DNA from: Adineta vaga
Lineage: Eukaryota; Animalia; Rotifera
Reading direction: 5' to 3'
Assembly: GCA_021613535.1 (NCBI GenBank)
Contig: CP075492.1
Coordinates: 12,896,001-12,960,000, forward strand
Length of the DNA: 64,000 nucleotides
In this document: in pieces, positions 52,625 through 64,000 of the stretch
How positions within the stretch are numbered: position 1 is the stretch's first letter
How the letters are laid out: every line of letters starts with the position of its first letter
The notes under the pieces: generated by a model
Databases searched by the model: none
What the model was told of the DNA's origin: nothing
What the model saw: the letters and a program-made list of their open reading frames with translations, nothing else
Made by a program: the position numbers and the translations under genes

Positions 52625-54938
52625 TTATCTTGTAAACTTCTTTTTTCCTTTTTCATTGCTTAAATTTTTGAAGATTTTCATTTTTCGTTCTTGTTTTGGT
52701 CGAACAAATCCATTTTTCGATTTTGTTCCTTTTTTGCTTTGATACACTCCTAAAACAAAGACAATCCAATAACAAATGACATATAATTGATATGTTTTAC
52801 CAAGATCAACAACAGGTGGAACATGAAAACCGAAACTATAAGCAACTTTGACCAAATCTAATTTTTCCACATCGTACACATTTTTCATACTATGACTTGC
52901 ATATGCTCGAACGTATGCTTTATATGCTTCTTTAGCACTCAAATGAAGAAAATAATTCTTTTCAATTAGTTTCTCCAACTACAACAAAAAGAAAATGATA
53001 AAAGAAGTTGAAAAGCAAATCAAATGACAGACTTGAGGTTGAATATCAGCGATCTTATTCCATGAAAATTCAAATTCACTCAATGTTACCCGAGCTTGTT
53101 TGAGATAAAGAAGAAAGCCAAGTTCTTGGGCTGTTAGAATAAGTAATGCATGACCATTAGCACCAGCACGTGCTGTTCGACCAACACGATGAATATATTC
53201 CTAAAAAAGTTTCATAATTGAATTTAAATTTGCCATATCAAAATATAAGATCTTACTTTTGGATCATCTGGAGGATCGAATTGAATAATCCAATCAACAG
53301 CTGGAATATCCAAACCACGTGCTGCTACATCAGTACATAGTAAAATTCCTGTTTCAGCATTACAAAATTCAAAAAATGTATGTGTTCGTTTTGCTTGTTT
53401 TTGTTTTCCCTTGAAAAAGGCAAACATTTTAATTCATCTCTTTTTCTCATTCCTATATTCTTACATGTATACTTAAAACAGGTATATCAATATAATTCAA
53501 TAATTCATTGTAATATTTTACTGCCATACATGATGAAAAGAAGACCATCATTTTTTTCTTTTGATTCTTTTTTAAAAAAGTGAATAATAACAGAAAACGT
53601 TTGTCTTGTGGTACAACAACATAACCCTATAGAGAATAATTTGTATTAAAGTTTCAAGTAATTGAAAGATAGACATACTTGTTCAAGTCCTTCGACAGTT
53701 GCTTGATCACTTGCATCATCTACACCAACATATAATGGTTCTTTTTTTAGTGAAATTTTTGCTAAATCTTCCGTTCGTCGAGTTTGTGTAGCAGAAAATA
53801 ACATTGTTTGTCGACGTTCTATACAATTAATATTAAGAAAAAAAGCAATCAACAAAGATTTTTTTTAAATTCATACTTGGTAATAATTGTATAATTTGTT
53901 TCATTTCTTCTTCAAAACCAATGTCTAAAATTCGATCAGCTTCATCAATAACCAAACATTGTAAGTTTTTATACATAAAATCTTTGGTATTCTATAACAT
54001 AACAAAAAAAGAAAGCATTTGAATATTTCTTAATGATATAATTACTTGAAGATGATCAAGTAGACGACCTGGTGTTGCGACGATAATATTCACACCTTTC
54101 GTTAGTCTTTTCACTTCATCTTGTCGACCTGTTCCACCCATAATTAATCCATAGGTATGATGATGATAAGCTAATAATTCTTTCAAGACGGAATAGGTTT
54201 GCATAGCTAATTCTCGTGTTGGAGAAATGATAATTGCACCCGTACCATTTCGAGGCATAAATCGTAATTTATACATCAATTCGACTACAGGAATAAGAAA
54301 AGCTAATGTTTTACCCGAACCTGTTTTAGCTGAAGCAAGTAGATCTCTAAAAACCAATGATTAGAGATGTTTGTTTTTTTCGAAGAAAAAATGTTTCAAT
54401 CATCCGATACATACCGTCCTTCTAGTAATGGTCCAATAGATTTTGCTTGAATTTCTGTCATTGTTGTTAATTTCATTTCATTGATTGCTTTAATCGTCGA
54501 GTCCGAAACACCACGTTCACTCAATGATTCAAAACTAACAGATGTTAAATGACCACCTGATGGAATATAAACACCTATCATATCAAAATATGAATAGTAT
54601 ATATATACAATTTAGAAAAATGAAAATTACCGGTTGTTTCGACTTTTTCTTCTTTAGTTTCATTTTCATCATTTTGTTCATCACCATCATCATCATCGTC
54701 TTCTTCTTCTTCTTCTTGTTCGTGTTGTTCTTCTAATTTGCGTTTCTTTACTTTCTTTTTATTGATTGAAATTGCTTCGCTACCATTTTCTAGTTTTCGT
54801 TTTTTCTTCTTTAATTTGTCTTCTAAATCAACAAAAAAAGCCGAACATGCATTAATTCAACATACAAATCTAAAACGTACTCTTCTTTTCGTGCAATTGC
54901 ACAGTATTATCCATTTCATTTTCACTATCAGATGCCAT
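52625..54938 (-). CDS. DDX18: DEAD-box RNA helicase DDX18/Has1
   Basis: [75 protein letters not shown] and [15 protein letters not shown] at 54938. Confidence 0.95.
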
Positions 54939-55209
54939 TATATAAACGAACTAAAAGATCTAAAATAGAAATCATCAGATACACTTCTTCTAGTCTAGAA
55001 AAAAAACTTTACTCAAATGAAACGAACGAACAAGTTAGTAATTTACTTACTTAATTTGTAACTGAATCTAACCAATCAAAACAAAGACTAAAATTAGTGA
55101 CATCTATTGTATCTGAAGATTTTCAATTTTTGTTACGAAAATCTTTAAAAATCAATTGAATTTTGCAATGAATTTCAGTCAAATATCTAATTATTTTCTT
55201 TATGCACGA

Positions 55210-55223
55210 GTTGCTATGGTGAC
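55210..55223. promoter_or_regulatory. RFX X-box upstream of CFAP157 paralogue A
   Basis: GTTGCTATGGTGAC, close to the GTTGCCATGGCAAC consensus, ~85 nt upstream of the ATG. Confidence 0.65.
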
Positions 55224-55306
55224 TAAGTACCAAATGGTGTGGATCAGTCGATAACATATGCATTTAAGTAGTTGTTATTGTATTTCGGAATAGAATTACA
55301 ATTCAA

Positions 55307-57101
55307 ATGGGTCCGAAAAAGAAAGGTAAAAAAAAGGGTGAAGGTAAAAAGAAGAAAGCAGCTGCCGAAGCTGCAAATGCTGAACCGATTGTTCCACTCG
55401 AAGAAGATACAAAACAATTCTACTTAATACAAATACTAAGTCTTCGAAAGAAAGTCGATGAGTGAGAGATTTTCTTAATATTTAAAATAAATTTTGTTTA
55501 TTCGAATATAGATTACAAGCTGAATGTGATCAATATTTAATATCTCAACGCGAGAATAATGATCGTTTAGCAACATTAAAAGAAATTCATGTTGGTTCTC
55601 GTGCTTTTCTTGGCCGTCAAATGGATGAAATTAATTTAGAAATCAATCATTTAAATCGTCAATTAAAAGAATTAAATGATTTAAAAGAAGCTGAACGAAA
55701 TGAATTTCAAAAACAAATCTACGAATTACGTACACGAGATCTACAAGAAACGCGAGAAAAATATGAAAGTGAAAGTCATATGTTACGTTCGAAATTGAAT
55801 TCGTTAGATGAATTAAAAATGAAAAAAGAAAGTTTATTTAATGAAATCAAACAATTAGATGAACAATTAGAACAACAGGAACATGATCAACAAGAAGAAC
55901 TTTATTATAAAGAAAAAGAATCGGTTTTAGCTAAAGACAAGTAAAATCACTGCATAAATTCATTCAAAACTTTCTCCCCAAAATTCCCTCTTTAGATTAC
56001 GCAAAGAAATGGTCGCACGTGTGAATGATCTATCCGCTGAATTTCGTCGTGTATCAAAAATGCAAGTTGTACAAACGACTCGACAGATTATTTTAGAAAA
56101 CGTTCGACTTAATAATCAAATGGCTATAATCGAAGCTGATTATAATAATGTTGAAATTCAAAATGGAAAAATTCGTGAACAGGTAACATTTTGAAGATTA
56201 ATAAACAATTTCATCATTTTGATTTCGATAGAAAAAAAGTAAATCATTGGAATATAGTCTACTTGATGAACGTGAACGAATGATGGCCAAGAAAAATCGT
56301 AAAACTTATCAATTAATTGAGAAATTAACCGAAGAATGTACAGCACATGAACAGTTTATTGGAACTCTTGATGAGAAAATCTCATCCTATGATTATACAC
56401 AAGAAATAATCGAACAATTAGAAGAAGTGAATGCTAATACAGCGTAAAACATTGTGTTTATATGAGAAACAAAATCTTGATTTCTTTCTCTCTAGGAAAC
56501 GTCGTGATCAAATCAATGAAGACAATGAATTATTACGACGAACAATTGCACAACGAGCAGAAACTCTTACACAATGTGAACATGATATGGATAAAGCAAA
56601 ATATACAATTGCCAAGACAATGGGAGCATTGAATGATGTTTTACAAGTTAGTTTTGGCTTTTAAATTTTTCATCAAGTTCTTATCAATTTGATTTATTTT
56701 CAAGGATACATCGGAATCAGGTCGAACAATCGATGTACGTCTAGGTGCATTTGAGAATATCTTTCAATTAATCGATACAGCTACGCAACTCGGTATTGGA
56801 CCTAAACTGAACGATCTAGCTATTAATAATGACGCTGATCTCTTAGCAACAACAATAGACGGCAGTCGATTACCTTCAGCATCACAACCATTAGGTTCTT
56901 TAAAAAAAGTTAAAACAAAATCTATTGCTATACAAACTAATATTTCAAATCGAGTATGTAATTTCACCTTGATATTTCACATTTTCGATCCTTATTTTCT
57001 AGAATCCTGTTCCGTATCATATTCAAACTGATCTAACATCATATCGACCAAAATCAACATCACTTCGAAAACGTCGACCATCATTAGTTACTACTACATA
57101 A
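55307..57101 (+). CDS. CFAP157: Cilia- and flagella-associated protein 157-like, paralogue A
   Basis: MGPKKKGKKK...KQFYLIQI and LRKEMVARVNDLSAEFRRVSKMQVVQTTRQIILEN. Multi-exon; TAA at 57099-57101. Confidence 0.8.
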
Positions 57102-57210
57102 ATTCTTGTGCAATACCATTCGTTTTTTTTTCTTCTTACTAATTAAAACAACTTATTCTTCTTCATATTCTTAATACAAATTTATGTAGATTCTATTTTA
57201 GATTTTGAAA

Positions 57211-59507
57211 ATGCCTCCGAAAAAAGATAAGAAAGGTAAAGGAAAAAAGAAGAAAACACCAGCTCCACCTGAATTATTCCTGAAAAGAAATTAAGTGAAA
57301 ATGATAAACGATTTTATACAACACAAATTGAATTATTAGAAAGACAATACGAACGGTAGATATTTCTTTTGGAAAAAAAAAAGGTGACAATAACCTTTTC
57401 GATTTGTTTTATTTCAGTTATCAACAACGATGTGATGAATTAAAACTTCGTCAACAAGTCGAATTAGATCAAGTTAAAACATTGGAACAAGATTTTGAAA
57501 TGCTTAAATATGCGAAGAAACAAGTTGAACTTAAAGAAGAAGAAATTGCTGATCTAAAAGATCGTCTTGTTGGATTAGGACAAGCAAAAGAATTGGAAAA
57601 AGATCTTTTACAAAAACAATTAAATGATTTAAAAAATGAAATAAACGATTTACGTGAACGTTTTGAATCTGAAAATAGTGAATTAAGTTAGTAAAATTTC
57701 ATGTCAAAAAACATTTCAAAACGATTTTCTTTTCAGGAAATCAAGTTGCTGATTTAGAAATGTTTCGTGCAAAACAAGATAGTTATCTAACACGTCGACA
57801 ACAACAACAGGATACATTTAAATTTAAAGAAGAAGATCATGTACGAAAATTAGAAAGTATTAAAACGAAAGATCAAGTTGATCAAGATCGGTATTGACAT
57901 TTCGAAATACATGGAGATGTTTTTATTAACTATTTCGTTTGTTATAAAAATAGAATGAAACGAGATATGATTCAAAAAATGAATCATGTTGCTGCAGAAT
58001 TTCGTCGAGCATCAAATAAACAAATGGCTGAAACAACAAAACGAACTATTAATGAAAATGCTCGAGTTGAACAAACAGTCGATGATATGGAAGATGTAAT
58101 TACACGTGTAGAACATGAAAATGAACATATATCTGATGGAGTATGTTGAACGAAATTTTGATAAAGATAAAATTCTTATTCTTATTCTTTTCTTTTCTAA
58201 GAATAATCAAATACAAATGAGTATACAAACATTAAGAAACAAAGAACAACAACATGCTTTTGAACATGCGACATCGGCTGAAGTGAGCGAATAGTTTGTT
58301 TGTTATAAAGATCTACTTTTTGTTTGTTTGTTTGAAGATTATTCAATTACTTGCAAATATGTTAACAAATCAAGAAGAAATTATTGTACAAAAACAAGAA
58401 CAAGTTGCACGAATGGATATAGCTGAAAGACGTATGGGAGAATTACGTTCATCGATCTTTAATAATGAGTAATGAATTGAATATGAATTTTCTTAGGAAA
58501 ACTATTTTGATAATTTTAGAAAAAATTATCCAAATCTTCGACAAGAGAATAAATCATATGTCGATCAATTGAATGAATTAGATCAAGCAATAGCAGAGAA
58601 AACAAAAGATAAAACAATTATTCTTGCTAATCTACGACGAGCTGTTGGATTAATTACTGAATCACTTAAGGTTAGTTCTTTCTTTTTTACAGAATTGTTA
58701 AATCAATAAAATATCATCTCATATAAAGCATCGAAAGAAAGATCAATGTTTACAATTGATCTCTTAAGAATAAAGTTCATTGTAATACTAATCTTTACTT
58801 ATTCATTTTGTTTATTTAGATTAGAGATGAAGAAAAAGTTTCAGGTGTCGTTACTGAACAATCAAAACAATTGATTGCATCGGAAAAGACTGGCAATCTT
58901 TTTCGACAATTGTATGAAATTTTAACTAGTACGGATGAAATAGATCTGGAAGAAGAAGAACAACAACAACAACAACAACAATCGTTAGATGTTAATCAAA
59001 AACGTTCGACCTTGAACGTTCGGTAAGAAGATCAAGAATTTTGAAAAAAAGAAAACTAATGAACTATATTTTGTTTGTTTTAATAGAGAAGCAGGTAAAC
59101 GTCGTGATAATCTTTCATATGCTCTCGGTGATATGGGTTTTGTTCCACGTCGTGATGCAATTTTATTAACAAATTTCGATAAAATGCAACAACAAGTTTA
59201 TCCAGCTCGTGAACGTGATATTGTTCGACGTACTGCGAAAAAATCAGTTGCTGTTCAAACGCCTGGCCTTGGTCGAGTATGATAAAAAAAAAAAAGAAAA
59301 GAAAGGCAACTCTTCGTCTTATTCTATATTCTTCTCATTTTCTAGGGTTCATTTGGTTCAGATGTTTCACTGAATCGTCTTGGTCCATTTGATAACAATG
59401 TTAACGAATCAACTCGTGAACAATTTAATCGACCAACATTTGGACCTGTTGCTCGTGTTCCTCATGTTATATCAGCAACGAATCGTATTGTGCAATATCT
59501 TTTTTGA
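57211..59507 (+). CDS. CFAP157: CFAP157-like paralogue B (one-base frameshift in exon 1)
   Basis: MPPKKDKKGKGKKKK, then after a shift at ~57273 LSENDKRFYTTQIELLERQYER|YQQRCDEL. Also MKRDMIQKMNHVAAEFRRASNKQMAETTKRTINEN and YALGDMGFVPR. Confidence 0.8.
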
Positions 59508-59742
59508 TATGAGAACAAAATAAATAACATGCAGACTTATAGAAATAAAATGACAAACAAAAAGAATAGGACAAGGTTCATATATAGATATAGATATATG
59601 TATATAAGAAGTGTCAATGTTGATCATTAAAATTCAAGGTTTTTGTCTGACAGTTACATTTGAAAAAAAAAGACTAAAGACATTTACAAAAATCAATAAA
59701 CTGATCTTTATAATTCTCGAAAGAAAAACACACATCTATGAA

Positions 59743-61911
59743 TTAGATTTCAGCATTTCCATAAAAACGTTTTTGTTGATGTCGATTAAAACTTTGTTGT
59801 TCACTCATTCTCATTGACATTTCTTGAACTTCACGTGCTTCATGTAAACAACGATCGAAACGACTATCAATTTCATCATCATTATCATCATGTTCGTAGA
59901 ATTTAACAGTGAAATTCGATGTACCACTTTCATCATTCAATGCTCGTTGTTGATTATTTCCAATCGAAACATGTTCTTGATTGGAATTTCGTTTATATTC
60001 AACTGTACGTACATTTTTCGAATTTTCACTGGGAGTATATTCAAATGGTAAATGTTGAATTGTTCGATTTGATTCACTTCCAATTCGTTGTTGACGTGGT
60101 AAAATAGTCGAATATTCGACAGATGATGTTGGTAATATATCAGAATCAGGAATTTGACGTACAGTAAAACGTTCACGAAAACGTTCTTTGATTTTTTCAC
60201 GATATGTTCGTGGTTCTGCACGACGTTCAGGAGTATTTTCTAATCGCCAATTATCATCATCATCATAATAATGTTGATATTCTTGAGTAAAAACATGTCG
60301 TTTACATAAATCACAATCAGAAAATGATTTGGGTAATGAACGACGATGATGATTAACATTATAGTTTCTTCCTGTGTAATCAATTGTACCATAGGGACGA
60401 TAAGCACTCGTTGTCATAGCTGTTCGACTACGATATGGCATTGAAGCATGATGATTATAATCAATTCCATTAATTGAATTATGATGTAAATCAAAATCAC
60501 TTCGACTTTCTCGATGATATCTTTCCATATTTTGTGCAAACGAAGATTCATTCATTGGATAATGTGTACTTTGAGAAATAACTGAGCGGCGATATGTATT
60601 CATACCATTTCCATTAGGAGGTGGTAGAGGTGTCACGAGTTGAGCACGACTGGAAGTACCACTTGTATCTAAATAACGTGAAGTCGTTGTTTTACTGTCA
60701 ATATTATCCAATGCTTTCTTTTGTTTACGACGACGTCTAGAATTTTAATAGTTTCTTTTTTTTTCAAAAATCAATTTCTGTTCAATGACTTACTGAAATA
60801 AAAGAGCTAAAACAATAACAAGCAATAATAATAGTACATAGGCAAGAATAATTGGAATAACAATCCAGATATCTATGAAAATCAAATAAAAACTATCGAA
60901 TTAATTGTTCTATGAAAATATCATTTACTTGGTACACGTGTCCATCCAATTGATTGAATTCGTGTACGATTTCCTGAAGTTGTCATTATTGGTATGTATG
61001 TTTGTTGTTGGTATCGAAGGCACTGGTACACATGGATCAACATATGAACAATAAGGAATTGTATAAAAATAAAGTAAATAATTTGTTAGATGTTGTGAAT
61101 AAATTTGTCCTGGAAGAAATGTTATTTTCATTTCATAAGTTGATTCAGCAACTCGATGTGTTGTTTGATTTCCATTCAATGTTATATTTAATATTATAAT
61201 ACCTTCGGATGAAACACTTTCAATTCTTATTTCATCATAATTTAATTGTCCTGTAACAAAATAGAGTACTGTTTTATGATAAGGTCGAGCATAGATTGTT
61301 GTAAAACATGGTATTCGAACTGTTTGTAATGGATAATTTCGAGAATAGATAAAACCATAATCATTTGTTAAGGAACCATTCTTACAGATGTCACATTTCG
61401 TTTGAATATCACGTAAATTCCATGTTGGAACACAATGATAACCAATTTCAGTTATAGCTTTGAATGCACATGAACTTCGATCACGTATTTGATAAGCAGG
61501 AATATCTGAACAATGAGATTTACCATTACATAATGTATTTATATAACGTAAATCATAATTATGACAAGCATTCGATTGATCAGGTTGACATGAATTTGGA
61601 TCATGACCAAGACGAGATGGAAATGAACGAATATAATCAATTGAAATAAGAAATGGTGGAAGATTTGATTGCCATGTTTGATATTCCGATGATTGTGGAC
61701 ATTCGATTGCAATCAATGAATTCGTTGGACAAATAGTTACTGTTCTATTAGGTAATTCATATTCGAAATCTTTGGAAATTAAAAATAAAACAACTGTCAA
61801 GAAATCATATGTATATTATTGTGACTTACATTTTGCGTTGACTAATAAGAAGAATCTATTAGTAACATTGCACACGGCAATGATCAATAAGAATAGTAGA
61901 AATCGAGCCAT
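59743..61911 (-). CDS. Type I membrane protein: SUEL/Gal-lectin-like and CUB-like ectodomain, TM helix, long cytoplasmic tail (apparent frameshift at ~61002)
   Basis: Signal-peptide exon from ATG 61911. LCNGKSHC...IGYHCVP is lectin-like; GFIYSRNYP...C...TIYA is CUB-like. TM exon IWIVIPIILAYVLLLLLVIVLALLF is followed by RRRKQK, joining ORF 59743-60711. Confidence 0.78.
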
Positions 61912-63147
61912 AAGATTTGATCATGACATTGTCCCTTTTTTTTCTCTTACTTTTGACTAACTGACCATCATTTGTTGAATGATTGAATTGGTATGTGTCA
62001 ATGTCTCAATGAGCGTGCTCAATGTAAAATTATGTCAAATGAATGATCCTTCTGTTGACGAGAAGAGATAAAGATAAAGAAGAGAGAGAGAGAAAAGGGC
62101 GCAGAGATGATGCTACTCATTGTGCGCCTACATTATGTACATGCACTCACACCTCCACATACATCTGTGCACACGTTTTCTCTTCATTCTTCTTATTACA
62201 TCGACATTTTGAGTGAGGGAGAGAGAAAGTGACTACTAATCCTTTTCGACGAGATCAACTGTATCGGTAACAAAATAACAACGATAAACCATTGATAGTT
62301 ATAGTCCTATGAATCACTAAGACATGAATAAAAGAGATATGTACAAGTTAATTGAAGTCGTCATTGACATGTTAACAATTATTGCTTTTTAAGGACATAG
62401 TGTGGAGAAATCTAAAGAATGAATAATGTTGAATTTTTGTTTGAACATAACTTTATAGAAAGTACTCATCTATTAAAACATCAGATTATACATTGTCAAC
62501 ATAAATTTTGAATTCAATTGACGTTTTTTATTGTCATCTAATGAAATCATACGATATATAACTAAGTAACATTAAACTATAAGAACAAATGTTTGATTCC
62601 ATAGTAAAAATGTCATTTATTTATATCTTTCAAATGCTATGAGAAACGTGTCTGTATCTACATACTGTCTGCTCCCGTAGACAGTATTAAATCATGTTAT
62701 TTTTGTGTCGAACGGAAAAAATAAGACACGTCAGCGTGGAACGCAGACGATGCATAAAAAATATGATACTGAGTACTTACAATTTTCGCGGAAAAAGACG
62801 CGAGCGATGTTGTTCTCTTTCTTCCTTTTTTTTCTATATTTGTTTTATTTGTCGTTGTTTTTGTGTATAGAAGACACTGACTAGGAGAAAAGAGGGTCAT
62901 AGTATTATTTTCTTATTTTATATTGGATAATTCTATAGTATTAGAAATAAATCTTCTGTCGATTTGCTTTTTTATTATGTTTTTCTGTTTTGCTATAATA
63001 TTTTTTGTCCTCGACGTGCGTAAGCATGGTCATTCTCTCATTCACATGGTAGGAATGAATCATATTATAAGAAAAAATCGTGGAATTTTTTTATTTCGCT
63101 TCAGATTCTCTCACATTAACAAACCATCAAACCATCTTATCTATTCT

Positions 63148-63971
63148 ATGGATAATATGCATTCAGATGAAGATGATTCAGCTTGTTGTGGTCAATGCGA
63201 ACTTGAAGTGTCTCCAAGAACGTGTGAAGTAAATCCATCGATGATACATTTAGAACAACGTCCACGATCTAATTCTGGTCGTTCCATTCACTCTTCTTCG
63301 TATTCAAGATCGTGGTCAACGGCTGATTTGCAATCGCGTAAATATCTTTTTTTAAATAAAAGAATTCAATCTATCTTCTGTCTACTTTTATTTAGAAAAT
63401 CCATCTAAACGACAGAAAATTGAAGTTGAACATAATTGGAAAGAAAGTAATATCTATCTAGAAGTTCGTGAACGAACATTTTCTCATTGGACCCTACCAA
63501 AACCATTTTGTTGTCGATTATTGGAAGCTGGTTTTTCTGGTTGTAATGTGAGAGATCGTGTCATCTGTATGTATTGTGATTTGATTTGTGAAGAATGGAA
63601 CGTTGAATTGGATGATCCATGTAAAGTGCATCAAGTACTTTCTCCAAATTGTTTATTCGTCAAGTCTATGCTTAAGAATAAACTATTCGCATTTCATCTG
63701 AACTACATCGATCGAGAAAAACGTCTTGAAACATTTGCTACTTGGTCAAATCAAACATCATTAGATAAAAATAACCTTGCTTATGCTGGTTTCTTTCTGG
63801 ATAATTTTGAGGTCAAATGTTTCTATTGCAATGGTTCATTAGCACAAAATGAAGTTCGCGATCATCCACTTACTGAACATATTCGTTGGTTTCCTTATTG
63901 TAAATATGCTCGACAACTATGCGGTGAAGATTTATATGAAAAACTTCGTCGAGCAGTTAATTCGCTGCCAG
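63148..63971 (+). CDS. Inhibitor of apoptosis (BIR-domain) protein, continues beyond the window
   Basis: Two BIR units, RERTFSHW...EAGF...VICMYC...HQVLSPNC and RLETFATW...AGFF...VKCFYCNG...EHIRWFPYC. Intron 63338-63395; donor site after 63971. Confidence 0.9.
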
Positions 63972-64000
63972 GTTTGTGTCAAGTTGTAATTTAATAGAAA

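Overview
This window is AT-rich eukaryotic genomic DNA, gene-dense with many ~50-60 nt GT-AG introns. The intron size and gene families (expanded peptide-type GPCRs, F-box-like, ankyrin and IAP genes, 'IVLALIPVYLP' type II membrane proteins) best fit a bdelloid rotifer; this is an inference. About 28 coding loci are supported. They comprise four tandem atypical bZIP genes, PRPS, a G8-like membrane protein, a CCDC81-like HU protein, two GPCRs plus a GPCR pseudogene, an F-box-like gene, two ankyrin paralogues, an SR protein, APIP/MtnB, a non-metazoan-type short tRNase Z, a small hydrophilin-like ORF, CYB5D1, an hnRNP K-like KH protein, FHAD1, DDX18, two CFAP157 paralogues, a lectin/CUB receptor and an IAP. 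I found no rRNA, tRNA, CRISPR array or autonomous transposon. The most notable observations are: a GPCR copy with three microhomology-bounded deletions; a bZIP array with a non-canonical basic region; a CRE + C/EBP + E-box cluster between the tRNase Z and hydrophilin-like genes; gene-conversion-like tracts; RFX X-boxes before ciliary genes; and three one-base frameshifts that may be assembly errors. I do not see a clearly novel multi-gene system. Exon structures were inferred by eye, without transcript or database support.
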